Shown here one piece after another: positions 1 through 12,687 of a stretch of DNA of 64,000 nt (position 1 is its first letter; every line of letters begins with the position of its first letter). Below the pieces are notes generated by a model. The model searched no databases. It was not told where the DNA came from and was given only the letters and a program-made list of their open reading frames with translations. The translations under genes were made by a program, and so were the position numbers. Source of the stretch: Octopus vulgaris (lineage: Eukaryota); assembly GCA_951406725.2 (NCBI GenBank), contig OX597823.1, forward strand, positions 11,718,001-11,782,000, in the 5' to 3' direction.

Positions 1-316
1 TTGAGTTTATATCATTAAATAATTGTTCTGTTGTTATGGGAGAGTTTATATCTATTCGTATTCTTTGATAAGATATTGAAAATAACGGCTATAAATGATA
101 TTACACTGTAACTGATTCTGATGGATATTTAATAAGCTCTATTAAAAATATCTATATGTTAGTATGTCAATTTTTTCAACTTTAAATTTTGTGTAAAACT
201 GTATAATTAAGTATAAAGGAGACATTAGTTTATGCTTGAGTTTTAACAGTTGTTCAGTTTGTTTGCATACCAGTGTATATAGGTGTGTTTATATGAATGT
301 ATATATGTATACATTC

Positions 317-551
317 AAGGTGACGAGCTGGTAGAAACATTAGCACGCCGGGCGAAATGTTTAGCGGTATTTCGTCTGTCGTTACGTTGTGGGTTCAAAT
401 TCCACCGAGGTCGACTTTGCCTTTCATCCTTTCGGGGTCGATAAATTAAGTACCAGTTACGCACTGGGTCGATGTAATCAACTTAACACATTATGTCTGT
501 CCTTGTTTGTCCCCTCTATGTTTAGCCCCTTGTGGGTAATAAAGAAATAGG
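317..551 (+). mobile_element. SINE family A (tRNA-like head, central block resembling the Meta-SINE domain)
   Basis: B-box-like GGTTCAAATTCC followed by GCCTTTCATCCTTTCGGGGTCGATAAATTAAGTACC; more than 12 copies in the window. Confidence 0.85.
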
Positions 552-1702
552 TCATCATCATCATCATCATCATCGTTTAACGTCCGTTTTCCGCGCTAGC
601 ACGGGTATAGATAGAAATAGAAATACATATCTGTGCGTATGCATGGGTGTGTGACTGTGTATAGATAGATTGATTGGTTTAAACACATGCAGACCAGTGT
701 GGTTATATTCACACTGAATGCTTTTCTTATTAGTACTAATAATTAGCATTTACTTTTTACAGTAGTTCTATAGCAGCTCTGTATAAAAGGAAAACAGTAC
801 AAATGCAAGAATAATAATACTTTAATCAATAAAATACTCAATATGAATTTTGCCATAATGCAATATCAGTTTCACAAGACTTTTGATTGCACATCAGGTT
901 TCATACTAAACGTATATACAATGAAGAATAAATTAATTTAATATTCTAATTAAAAAACAAAGTGAAGCCTTTATTAAGTTGCTAGACTAATGGGATAATT
1001 TTTCTCTAATTCCTGCATGTTTCCTTACCATGGTGTTGGTTCCTAGCTGCCTTTTAACTTTCATTTAATCAAAATTATATTGAAATGATGTATTGTTTTT
1101 CATGGGTGTAAACAACAGTTATTTAAAGCGGGACATTTTACAATTATTTTAAATGCATGGAGGCTTTCTTTTTTCTTAACTTTATTTATTATTATTATTT
1201 TTTTTTTTTTTTTTTTTTTCCAATTTTTATGTAAGTATGGTTAGCTGTCTAACATGTTTTCTGTTTATTTTTTTCCAAATTGTTATTTTTTTTTTCCAGT
1301 GTATTATATTTATCTAAGCATGATATAAAAGATATCTGATATGCCTATCTTTTTTAAATAAATACAGTCTGATAGTAGTTAAGATCCTTTGTGTTTTATC
1401 TTAGTTTTTGTAATGCTAAACAGTTCATGAATTCCTAGGAGTTAAGCATGTCATTTGTCCAATTTTTCTCATTGATGCATGTGCTACAGTAGATCATGTA
1501 TGCATACATATTTGACCATATATGACGTATCCTACGTTTTATCTTTTGTCATTACTATTAACAGTGATAATCTAGGAAAAAGAAAGATATAGAGATAGAC
1601 TATTCTCTCCACTAACTACACTTAGCACATGTAACATGTTAGTAATCCACTAAATATACTGTCAGACTAACAGCAAGGATCTTACCCATCTTTACACTCT
1701 AG

Positions 1703-2014
1703 TTCCTGGAGAACCACGGAAAATACGAGCTGAACCCATCAATTCTACTGCTGTGTTTATTGAATGGAAACATCCTTCCTCCAAAAATAGAAATGGTATA
1801 ATACGGGGTTATCAAATACAGTATGTCGAAGTAGATGACCATGATCAACAATCAGGTGACCTCCGCATGACCGATACCACTGATGGCGATAAAACTGAGT
1901 ATGTGATTACCAATTTAGAGCCGGATACTAGGTACCAGTTTACTGTTGCGGCATATACTCGAAAAGGAGATGGAATACGAAGCAGAGCAAAAATAGTGGA
2001 AACCAAAGGCGCAG
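1703..2014 (+). CDS. Lar: LAR-family RPTP exon 1 in window: FN3 repeat (equivalent of vertebrate LAR FN5); gene is 5'-incomplete
   Basis: ctag|TTCCT...GCAG|gtaacc, 312 nt, phase 1-1; (V)PGEPRKIRAEPINSTAVFIEW...YQFTVAAYTRKGDGIRSRAKIVETKGA matches the LAR FN5 pattern (VAAYTTKGDGARS). Confidence 0.95.
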
Positions 2015-3785
2015 GTAACCTTGATTTTTTCCCCCCTTTTTTTCCTTTTTTTTTTTTTTGGTGTTTTTTTTTTTTTTTTGGTAAATTTAATCTAAATCTT
2101 TTTTTTACTTCCACTTTTAGCTTTTTTATAAGGCATTTAAATAAATCAAATCAATGACTGGTTTCTGTTGTGATGTAAAAAGATCATCACATTCACAAAG
2201 GATTGAATTCAGTTGTGTACAGCCTTCCTTTCCTATTAGGAAAGCAATAATTAAAAAGTCAGCAGCTTTTAATCAAATCCTTCAAAACTGAACACAGTTG
2301 AACAGGAATCACAGTTTCACAATTTGCTTGTTTCTGTGAGAACGGTAACCAAAATAGCCACACGTTCCCTCCACCACCCATACACATGCACTTTCTTCCC
2401 TAACTTCTTCATATCTGTCTTTCTCATTTCATTCAATTCTATGTTGTATGCTTTGCTGAATGAATATATTATTATTTGCTTCTAGTCTTCTGATTGTAAC
2501 TTTGGTGTGTGTTATTTTTCTGTACTCAGTTTAATTTGCATTGTCACATAAAATTTTTACTTTCTGTAGAAATCTTTGTGTAGGTTGTGTGTGTGTTATT
2601 TTTTTATTATTATTATTATTATTTTTAGGAAGCATTTCTTGCTTATGTTGAATTTTTCATTTTGTGATTTAAAGTTTGTATGTTTTTTTTTTCCCTTAGC
2701 AGTTTTCCCAGCCTTAATATATGAATTGGAAATTTAATACTAGCATTGTTTACTCAAAAACAATTGCTATAGCTTTTAGTGTTTAGATTATTCCAGTTCT
2801 TCTAAACACAATCTCTTATGCTAAGCATCTTTGTGAGTTTGTCTGTGAGATCAGTCTTCATGTACTCATATACTATGATTTTATTCCTAACTTCCCACGT
2901 TACAGAAATTTATTTTGAATCTTCTCAAATTGCATATCAGTGAAATAGGGAATATTTGTTTAACAAAACAACCACTAGAAGAGTATTTTCAAATTTAAAG
3001 AAACAAAAAATCAGTATTGGATACTTTCATATAGAAGCTAGATAATTTTGCATGTCAACATTTGATAATAGTATTTATAATAAACATATAAAAACACAAA
3101 ATCCTAGGAAATTGTTGGTTGTCTGCATCAGCAAAAATTATTCAGTGAGGTTTATAGATATAAGTTTGAATGACACAAGAAGCAGCAGATATTAACAGTG
3201 TGAGGCTGACCCTTCATCTAAGAAAAAAAAAATTTTTTATTATATATACAGTGTATACCCATATACTACTTAACTCAGGTGCTATACCTCTTTGAGCTTT
3301 CAATACAAATTTTGAAATATTTCTGACTTAAGCAATTTAGAAACCCATCTGCTTTATCATCAGTTTGTTCAGGAAAATGCATTTTATGTGTTTCCAAGGA
3401 TATGCAGCAAATCACTAATATATCTCAATTTTTCCAAACTTCTTATAAATTATTTTCTTCAAATCTAAAATTTTCTGAAATACATTAAATTAATTCATTT
3501 TAGTTATAGCAACAGATGGCTAGTGTTATAGCTACTCCATTATATCTTGTTTCATTATATCAAAATGATTAACTGGGATGTACATACCATTATTTACATT
3601 TACACACGCTTATGTGTGTGCATGCAGGTGCGCGTGCACATACACACACACATCTCAAAACTAATTAGACTCCCCTCATTATATCATTCTATTTGTGCAG
3701 ACACTACCTGGTGTTTTGGACTTGTTACTGCATTACTATTATTCATTTCAGATTACAGTATATTAATTGTTTATAGCAATTAACC

Positions 3786-4200
3786 ATGCTGTGAACATCT
3801 GAAGCAAATGAGTTTCTGGTTTTCAAAGGTTATATTATGGGTCAATCTGAGGCTGAGTTTAATCAGCGTTCAATAAAACAGAACCTTGCGATTCCTTTTG
3901 CCACAGTCAACAGAGTGATTAAGCAATTCACCAGCAAAGGGAAAAAAATCAACCATGTCCTCCTCAGGTGGGCTTGGACCCTCTGACAGGTATCTTTGAG
4001 CTGTCAGGTGAACTGTTGGAAAGAATCCCCTTTGTAAGGCAGCTGATGTTACAGAGTAACTCCAAATGAGTCAAAGTACTTCTGTGAGGTATTTCCATCA
4101 ACTTGGTTACTGTAGTAGAACAGCTAGAAGGAAACCTCTTCTCCAATCCTCAAATATCCAAAGAGAAAGAAGAAAGAATCTTTCAAAATGGTGCCTGTTC
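3786..4200 (+). mobile_element. Probable Tc1-type transposase N-terminal (HTH) remnant
   Basis: KGYIMGQSEAEFNQRSIKQNLAIPFATVNRVIKQF...; no TIRs seen. Confidence 0.5.
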
Positions 4201-4811
4201 CTTTCTGAGATGTCTGTATGTGTATGTGTGTATTCTTCTCTATAATTCTGTTTTGTCACTGGAGGTCTGATAAAAGTCCATAAGAACTCAATATTCTTAT
4301 AATTACCTGTTTCCACAAGTACCAACCTGGAAGCTGTGTGATATTACAGTAATTGTCTTGTCTGCGACAAAAGTTCAAGGCTATAAGTTAAGAATAAATG
4401 ACAGAAACATTAATTTGGTAATTAAATTCATCAGTTTGCAGCTGTTGCCACTCAAAGAATAAGCAGCACTATGTAAAGAGCACGGCACTGTACTCCTTCA
4501 ACTTCTTCAGAGCTGAAGTTAATTTTTTTTTAGTACGGAAAGATCTTATTTATTTTAATGTATGTGTGTGTGTGGGTACATGTGCACTCACTCTTATACT
4601 TGAGCTAATATAAGTATATCTATGTATGTAACCGAAACTCTGCTATACTTTTCCCTTACTAACTCACACTCTCCCTAAATATTTCATGTTGCCTTTTACA
4701 TCATCTCTCTGAAGTAATGAAACACAACTAACTCATACCACACACCATCTCTTGAACTGACACACACACACTCTCTCTCTCTCTCTCTCCCTCTTGAAAT
4801 ATATGTGTGTT

Positions 4812-4855
<44 letters not shown>

Positions 4856-4856
4856 C

Positions 4857-5140
4857 GGAGGCGCAATGGCCTAGTGGTTAGGGCAGCGGACTTGCGGTCG
4901 TAGGATCGCGGTTTCGATTCCCAGACCGGGCGTTGTGTGTGTTTATTGAGCGAAAACACCTAAAAGCTCCACGAGGCTCCGGCAGGAGGTGGTGATCCCT
5001 GCTGTACTCCTTCACCACTCTTTCTCTCACTCTTTCTTCAGTTGGCCTGCTCGCTTAGCCAGCGGGGTGGCGTCATTCGAAGGCTAAAACAATGCGAACG
5101 CATTGTGACAACATCTGATGGTCTGGTCGGTCACGTGATA
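4857..5140 (+). mobile_element. SINE family D, tRNA-derived (Arg-like head)
   Basis: A-box TGGCCTAGTGG, B-box GGTTTCGATTCC, ~200 nt non-tRNA body; inserted in (TA)n; second copy at 25752-26064. Confidence 0.85.
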
Positions 5141-6626
5141 TATACATACATACATACTGAACTTTCAACTGCAAACATTTAATATGTAAATTATAATCAT
5201 TAGTTTTATCTTATAATTATCAGTATAATATATTTTTCTTGAATATTATTAATATAAAATTGTAAACAAAAATACCCACATACTGTGTGTTTTCAGGTTA
5301 TTACTAGTGATATTTTCTCTTTTTCCAAAGCTAAAGAGTTTGTCAAAACTTCATGGAAAGATATATTAATATAGTCACATTTCATTATATTTTGTTTGTC
5401 TTCCAGAATGATCCAATTAAGAATCTTCAGTAACACCTGACAGTAATTAACATGCTGATTAATTGCTTCATCTCTGTTACAACTTCCTAACTTACCAATT
5501 CAGATTGTCTTATTTTTCTTTTCTCCTTTTTATCCTTACTATTTTCCTTTTTTTTCTCTCTTATCTTCTTTTTTTAAGTTTTTTTTTTTTCACTCAACAT
5601 TTTTCTTACAAATTGCTAATATAATGTTATTCATTTATCATTTTGTTCATCAATGTCCAGACCTTTGACTTTTAACCATTAATTTCCTTCGATTTTGTAA
5701 AATTTTGCAGTATTTGTCTTTATTCTACTGATATTGATGTATGCCCATCTGTTAGTCTGTTATTTCCCGTCTACATCTATGTATTTGCTAATACATGGTA
5801 AATTCATCTTCACCCTCTCAACCTTTCTTTGTTTCCTCCACCTTTCTCCCCCATCTTTCTTTCCCTCCCACAACATACATGGATTGACATTTATATTCAT
5901 TTGTTTGTTCGTGTAACATCCATTTTTCCATGCTAGTTTGGGTTTAGATGGAGATTTGTTGGAGGCAGGATTTTGTGGCTGTAGACTCTTCCTCTTGCCT
6001 TCCTTCGGTTTTTCTTTTATTGGGGAATATCTTTACTCCACAGGTCTTTGAAAATGCAGAGTGACTTATAATGTCAACAAGGAATGTGAACACCAGCAGC
6101 AACTGGTGTAGAATATATAGGCATTGATGCACACATATTTTTATACGATGGTCTCCTGTGCAGTTTCCATCTACCACAAGTGTTTGGTCAGCCGGACCCT
6201 AAACCACATGGTTACAAAGGGAGTACCTTAACCACCCCTATAGCTGTGCTTGTGCCTAATGTATTGAACATTATACATTTCATCCTTTGAATAGTGCTCC
6301 AGTCATGACCATCAAACTTAGTCTTTTGACAGACTTAACAAAATGCTATAAGGTCCTGGGTCTAAATGCAGAATCCTATTTTTACAGTCCCTGTGTCACA
6401 TGATACCAGTATTATAATTAGTGTTTATTTGAGATGTATTTCAAAACAACTGCTCTTCTTTTGTCTCTTTATCTGTTCCTTGTTGCATATTTTCACATAA
6501 TCTCCTATTTTCATGTTCAGTCTTACCTGCCAGTCTTACACATTCATCATTATCATTTAACATCTGTTTTCCATGCTGGCATGTGTTTCCATGTGTATAT
6601 GAGTGTGTGTATGAATGTATATCTAT

Positions 6627-6662
<36 letters not shown>

Positions 6663-6665
<3 letters not shown>

Positions 6666-6990
6666 TCTTCATCATCGTTTAACGTCCGCTTTCCATGCTA
6701 GCATGGGTTGGACGGTTCAACTGGGGTCTGAGAAGCCAGAAGGCTGCACCAAGCCCAGTCTGATCTGGCAGTGTTTCTACAGCTGGATGCCCTTCCTAAC
6801 GCCAACCACTCCGTGAGTGTAGTGGGTGCTTTTTACGTGCCACCAGCACGGAGGCCAGTCGGGGCGGTGTTGGCAAACGGCCACGTTTGGATGGCTATCT
6901 TACTTGCCACTGGCACTGGTATCACAACTACAATTTCCATTGATTTTGATCGATTTCGATTTCTCTTGCCTCAACAGGTCTTCTCAAGTA
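6663..6990 (-). mobile_element. RTE-LINE 3' UTR fragment (family C)
   Basis: (CAT)n-CGTTTAACGTCC...CCATGCTAGCATGG...GGATGCCCTTCCTAACGCCAACC; shorter same-orientation copies near 553-605, 13557-13700, 19552-19660. Confidence 0.8.
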
Positions 6991-7293
6991 GAGTTTTGTG
7001 TCCCAAGAAGGAAAGGTATGCATAAGTGGACTGGCTGCATATATATATATATATTATAGAGAGAGAGAGAGAGAGAGATGGCACAGGTGTGGTTGTGTAT
7101 TAAGAAGCTTGCTTCCCAACCACACGTTTCCATGTTCAGTTCCACTGTATGCTATCTTGGGCAAGTGTCTTCTACTGTAGCCTCGGGCCAACCAAAACCA
7201 TGTGAGTGAATTATTTGGTAGACGGAAACTGAAAGAAGTATAAGCCATGATAGCACAGAAACATGGAAAGCAGATGTCAAGGGATAATGATGA

Positions 7294-7333
<40 letters not shown>

Positions 7334-7364
7334 TTATCTTGCCATATAATTTGTTTCTCCACAG

Positions 7365-7559
7365 TGCCTACTCCGCCACGGAACTTAGAGATTGAACTCA
7401 CTCAAGAAAATCCTCCCCAAGTTAAGGTGTCCTGGCAAAGGCCAAGGGAGGTATTTGGTACTTTACATGGTTTTAAAGTGACGTGGGGAAGAGTTGGTGA
7501 ACGCTATGAGGAACATATTTTGCGTCCTGACACATACGTATTTCTGACGACTTTCCTAG
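7365..7559 (+). CDS. Lar: Lar exon 2: N-terminal part of FN3 repeat
   Basis: acag|TGCCT...CTAG|gtaaga, 195 nt, phase 1-1; PTPPRNLEIELTQENPPQVKVSWQRP... Confidence 0.93.
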
Positions 7560-7828
7560 GTAAGATAATTATTTCACACCTTTACCCCTTTTTTTTTTTT
7601 GTAAACATCTTTATTCTCATCCTCATTGTTATAATCATCACCATTATAGTCATCATTATTAAAAGAATTTTAATTAATTTTGTAATATTTGTTGATATTT
7701 TTGAATGTGTGCATATGTTTGTGTAAGTGAGTAATCTGAGTATGTGTATGTGCATATGTATTTGGTTATTTGTAGTATGTGTTTATGTAAATAATTTTGT
7801 ATATCTGTGCAAGTGTGTGTAAATTTTT

Positions 7829-9573
7829 ATATACTGTCCAAAAGTTTACGATCACCTAAACTTATTTCGAACAATACCTACAAAATGGAAATAAGTGAGT
7901 GATTCTGGTGAAATATTTTATTACTGTGTAATTACATTCATTGGATGATATAATTAACTCAGCAACTAAACAAAACTGAAAAATCTGAGAAAATCTCTAA
8001 ATCTTAAATTCGTCGAAATATTTACCCTTGACTTGATCATTGCATAGCATACTCTGAGTATTCTTTTGAGCAATGAAAGCAAATATTCATTGGTAATATT
8101 TTGCCACTCCTCTTGTAAGAGTGTCCAGAATGTTTCTGCACTATTTGACTGTCATTTTTTGACTCTGGGGTCTTATTCATCCCACACAATTTCGATGGGA
8201 TTGCAATTGGGTGGATTGGGCTGGCCATTCCATTAGTCAACATATTTAATCCATTTTCAATTGTCAATAGTTTTTGCATAGCTTAGAAATATGTTTAGGA
8301 TTGTTATTTTGCATCATCAGTACAAGATTATCACTGATCAACCTCATCCCAGATGGAATGGCATGATGTTGGAGGATACAGTCATACCTGTTTTGGTTCA
8401 GTATTCCTGTTACCTGATGAATACCCCCAACTCTATTGCCTGCAAAACACCTCCAGATCATCACACTTCCCCCACCATGCTTTTCAATTGGAACTGGACA
8501 CTCAGGAGTCATCCAGTCACCAATTCTTCACCTCGCATAAACTGTATGCTGGGATCCAAAGATTTCAAACTTTCCTTCATCAGTCTAGAGGACTCATTTC
8601 CATTGATCAATGTTCCAAGTTTGGTGTTTTCAGGCCCATATGAGTTGCTTACTTTTATTCACTGGTTGAAGCAATGTTTTTCTGGCAGTGAAATGGCCAT
8701 TTAGACCAGCAGCAATGAACCTTCGCCTCACAGTTGTAGGAGACACATTAGCTTTGCTGGCTTCACTTACTTCTGCAGTGATTTCATTTGCTGTCAGGTG
8801 TCTTTTTTGAGTGACTCTGATGAACCTATCCTGTGATTTAGAAGTCACTTTCGGATGACCTGACTGAGCTCTGTCGTTATTTTTATCCTGTTTTGTTCAT
8901 CATCATTGTCGTTTTACATCCGCTTTCCATGCTGGCATGGGCTGGACAGTTTGACTGATAACTGACAAGCCAGGAGGCTGCACCAGGCTCCAGTCTGATC
9001 TGGTAAGGTTTCTACAGCTGGATGCCCTTCCTAATGCCAACCACCCCAAGAGTGGTTGGCATGATATCTTACAGTGGCGGAGCAGATGGCAGTGTGGGGA
9101 AACTTTAACTTTTTGGGCTATATCTTGGAAACAATAGCCTTTACTACATAATGGGACAATGCTTTGTCTCTTTTCAGGTGATAAATTACTGGTTTTGCCC
9201 ATATTTAGGTTGATTTTTAGGAATTTCACAAATGTTACTTATTTTTAATCACACAGTCATTAATGATGTTATCTCAGCCAACAGCACATAAGGAGTGTAA
9301 TTAATCAAAATGTATTGCAATGTTGCTAAACAGTGGACACTAAAATGCTTTTGACAACATTCCCAAATAGGCTTGCTGTCAAAAAATATGATTATTTGCA
9401 TATAAAACGTGTGTAAGTAGTGTTATTCTATATCAAATAAACCCCCAAACTTTATACAATATGTTATTCCCTATTTTTATATCAAAAAATTTATCTAAAT
9501 TGATGACATTGAACTAAAATTTCCACTTTGAAACAAATTTTTGTAGGTGATCCTAAACTTTTGAATAGTAGTG
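7829..9573 (-). mobile_element. Decayed Tc1-family DNA transposon with nested RTE fragment (8897-9062)
   Basis: TIRs TACTGTCCAAAAGTTTACGATCACCTA / TAGGTGATCCTAAACTTTTGAATAGTA; frameshifted transposase pieces MGKTSNLSPEKRQSIV, VSPTTVRRRFIAAGLNG, KHGGGSVMIW, QNNNPKH. Confidence 0.9.
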
Positions 9574-9639
9574 TTTGTATATATTTTTATAATGTATTAC
9601 ATATCCCATTGGTTTTTTTTATTCTCATCTGTTTTACAG

Positions 9640-9732
9640 ACAAGGGTGCCACCTATGAATTTCGTGTGGCTGCACGCAACCAGGTGGACTATGGCGAACG
9701 GGCTGTAGACACAATAAAAACTCCCGATGGAG
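9640..9732 (+). CDS. Lar: Lar exon 3: C-terminal part of FN3 repeat
   Basis: acag|ACAAG...GGAG|gtaaga, 93 nt; KGATYEFRVAARNQVDYGERAVDTIKTPDG. Confidence 0.93.
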
Positions 9733-9944
9733 GTAAGAATTCTGACATATATTTCCTTCTCATCTTGTCCTCTGTCTTCTTTGAAGTAGACATGGTTTGT
9801 ATATAAAAATCATTTCAAAAGTCTGTTTACAGAGACTTTCAATTTGGAACTATAGTTAACTTCCAGAAATGTCTGACCTGGTAATGAAGTAAAGTCTATT
9901 TTCTCACCTTTCTTCTTGACTATTTGTGGGTCAGAATCATTAAC

Positions 9945-10345
9945 CTGCTAGGCTTAGAATTGTTAGCATGGTGGGTGAAATGCTTAGCGGCATTTCATCT
10001 GTCTGCACGTTCTGAGTTCAAATTCCACCAAGGTCGACTTTGCCTTCCATCCTTTCAGGCTCAATTGATTAAGTACCAGTGAAACACTGGGGTCAGTGTA
10101 ATTGACTAGTCCCCTCCTCCAAAATTTCAGGCCTTGTGGCTTTAGTAGAAAGGATTATTATTCTTCAAAAGGTTTAACAGCATTTCGTCTGTCTTTACAG
10201 TCTGAGTTCAAATTCCACATATATCAACTTCAGCTTTCATCCTTTTGGTGGTTGATAAAATAAGTTCCAGTTGAGCCCTGGAGTCGATGTAATCGACTAA
10301 ACCCCTCTCCCTAACTTGGAGGCCTTGTGTCAAAATTTGAAACCA
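9945..10345 (+). mobile_element. Two tandem SINE family A copies (second partial)
   Basis: The GAGTTCAAATTCC...CTTTCATCCTTT...AAGT(A/T)CCAG core occurs twice. Confidence 0.75.
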
Positions 10346-10412
10346 TTATTATTATTATTATTGTTATTATTATTAAGTGAACGATCTTAATATATCTGTT
10401 CTTTTATTACAG

Positions 10413-10706
10413 CTCCTGCCGGCGCTCCTCAAAACTTTACTGTTATTCCAGTGAGTGAGACTACTGTCCTCTTAACTTGGGACCAACCTGCTAAGAATTT
10501 ACGTAACGGAGAAATTAAAATGTATCAAATCAACTTTCATAAACAATCTGACTCAATAAATGTGGAAGATTTAAATGTCACTGACACCTCACTTGACATA
10601 TCTGGTTTAGATATGAACACCGACTATGTCTTCCTAATCAGGGGCTACACCAGCAAAGGACCAGGACCATGGAGTAATAAACAAATTGCTCACACATTTG
10701 GACACA
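10413..10706 (+). CDS. Lar: Lar exon 4: FN3 repeat (vertebrate FN7 equivalent)
   Basis: acag|CTCCT...CACA|gtaagt, 294 nt, phase 1-1; PAGAPQNFTV...RNGEI...RGYTSKGPGPWS. Confidence 0.95.
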
Positions 10707-11310
10707 GTAAGTAGTTTTAAAAGATTTATTTTGTAATTTGTACTCTTTTCTTTCTAGGTATAATCTTGTGAGTGAAATTCAGTAAACAAAATTTAAAGCA
10801 GATTATACTCATTATTAAGTAGACCAGCTTTTTCATAACAATACTGTATTGAACAGACTAAAGATTACATTAGTACTCAGCCACTCATACTATAACACAA
10901 TGAACTGAGAGTTTCATTGATCAACTGATTGGAACAACCATTGTCAAAATTGAGATCATCATATGGTCTACTCTAAAAATCTAGGAAATTGTGTGTTTTC
11001 ATTAATCAGCAGCAGCAGCAGTAGCATCAATCTTTTAAAATCTATATTGATGGTGGTATTGGTTGGAAATTAGATAAAAAAAAAAAAAAAAAAAAAAGAG
11101 AGAGAGAAAAAAAAATGAACTTTCCATGATTCAAACTTGTTGTAATCTGATGTGTAGCCAGATACAATATCATCTATAGAATTACAAGTTCTATTGTGTC
11201 AGTCTGGACCAGATAAGTTTCACTTTTCAAACATCAAAGCCTGGTAATTTTATTGAATTCTCCTCGCCAGGAATTTTTTTAGATTTTATTTTAGAATCAC
11301 AATTAATGTA

Positions 11311-11473
11311 GGTGTAGGAGTGGCTGTGTGGTAAGTAGCTTTCTTACGAACCACATGGTTCCGGGTTCAGTCCCACTGCGTGGCACCTTGGGTAAGTGTC
11401 TTCTACTATAGCCTCGGGCCGACCAAAGCCGTGTGAGTGGATTTGGTAGATGGAAGCTGAAAGAAGCCTGTCG

Positions 11474-11508
<35 letters not shown>

Positions 11509-11760
11509 TATATATATATGTACGTGCGTGTTTGTGTGTCTGTGTTTGTCACCCCAACATCGCTTGACAACCGATGCTGGTGTGTTTACGTCCCTGTAAC
11601 TTAGCGGTTCGGCAAAAAAAAAAGAGACCGATAAAATAAGTACTAGGCTTACAAAGAATAAGTCCTGGGGGTCGATTTGCTCGACTAAAGGCGGTGCTCC
11701 AGCATGGCCACAGTCACATGACTGAAACAAGTAAAAGAATAAACGAGAGAGTAAAGAGTA
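11311..11760 (+). mobile_element. SINE family B (tRNA-like head, CORE-like CCTTGGGCAAGT block, internal (TA)n, LINE-derived tail)
   Basis: A-box-like TGGCTGTGTGG and B-box-like GGTTCAGTCCC; near-identical to 18050-18440 and 42696-43112. Confidence 0.85.
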
Positions 11761-11820
11761 ATGTATTATTGATTTAAGTACTTGATAAAATTTATTTGTT
11801 TAAGGACTGTGAGGTAATTT

Positions 11821-11950
11821 ACGAGGTGGTATCAAAAGGTTCCTGGACCAGATTTTGTTAATAAAAAATAACTCATTTACCTAAGTTTTAACATCATCTC
11901 CTTCGAAATGCTTACATTATGCAGCAATACACTAGTCCCAGCATTGATCA
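11821..11950 (+). mobile_element. Mariner-like terminal remnant
   Basis: TA-CGAGGTGGTATCAAAAGGTTCC resembles a mariner TIR; partner end not found. Confidence 0.4.
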
Positions 11951-12122
11951 GGATTCATTCACTTCTCATAATAGCTGAAATTTATTAAAATCTGAATAAA
12001 GACATACCTAGACACATTTACCCAGGGGTAGTAGGCTCATGACCAAAGAATTACTATAAATGCCATATGGAGAAGAAACAGGTGTATTAAAATTTCTTGA
12101 ATTTATATTGATCTTGTCATAC

Positions 12123-12687
12123 ATCATCATCATCATTATTTAATGTCCATTGTCCATGCTGTCATGGGTTGGATGGTTTGACTGGGTTGGCACACTGGAA
12201 GGCTGCACCAGACTCCACTCTGATTCGGCATGGTTTTCTATGGCTGGATGCCCTTCCTAATGCCAACTACTCCAAGAGTATAATGGGTGGTTTTACATGC
12301 CACCGGCACAGGTACCATCTACATGACACTGGGATGTGTTTATGTGCCACCGGCACAAGTGCCGATTTATGTGACAGCGGTATCTGCCATGACTGCGATT
12401 TTGCTTGGCTTGATGGGTCTTCTCAAGCACAACATAATGCGATATGGTCTTGGTTATTGCCTCTGTGAGGCCCAATGCTCGAAAGGAACTCAGCTACTTT
12501 GCCTCTTGTCAGGCCCAACATTCAAAAGATGTTCTTTACATGCCACCAGCACAGGTGCACTTGGCTTGACAGGTCCTCTCAAGCACAGTACATCACCAAA
12601 GGTTTTGATCACCAGTCATTGCCTCTGTGAGGCTCAAAGTTCGAAGATCATGCTTCACCACCTCGTCCCATGTTTTCCTGGGTCTAC
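12123..12687 (-). mobile_element. RTE-clade LINE 3' end (ORF C-terminus, 3' UTR, (GAT)n tail); identifies repeat family C
   Basis: Minus strand 12687-12560 reads RPRKTWDEVVKHDLRTLSLTEAMTGDQNLW, the RTE C-terminal GRP-KTW motif, and runs into the GGAAGGGCATCCAG...(GAT)n UTR. Confidence 0.8.

Noticed and set aside
3752-3757. Possible 6-nt in-frame micro-exon (ttcag|ATTACA|gtatat)
   Set aside because: Weak donor; such matches arise by chance in a 5 kb AT-rich intron and there is no independent support
4857-4932. tRNA-like sequence with A and B boxes
   Set aside because: Continues into a ~200 bp body present in a second copy and lacks a clean cloverleaf; SINE head, not a tRNA gene
6771-7025. 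Recurrent ORFs containing [12 protein letters not shown]
   Set aside because: Antisense translations of the multicopy RTE 3' UTR, not a protein family
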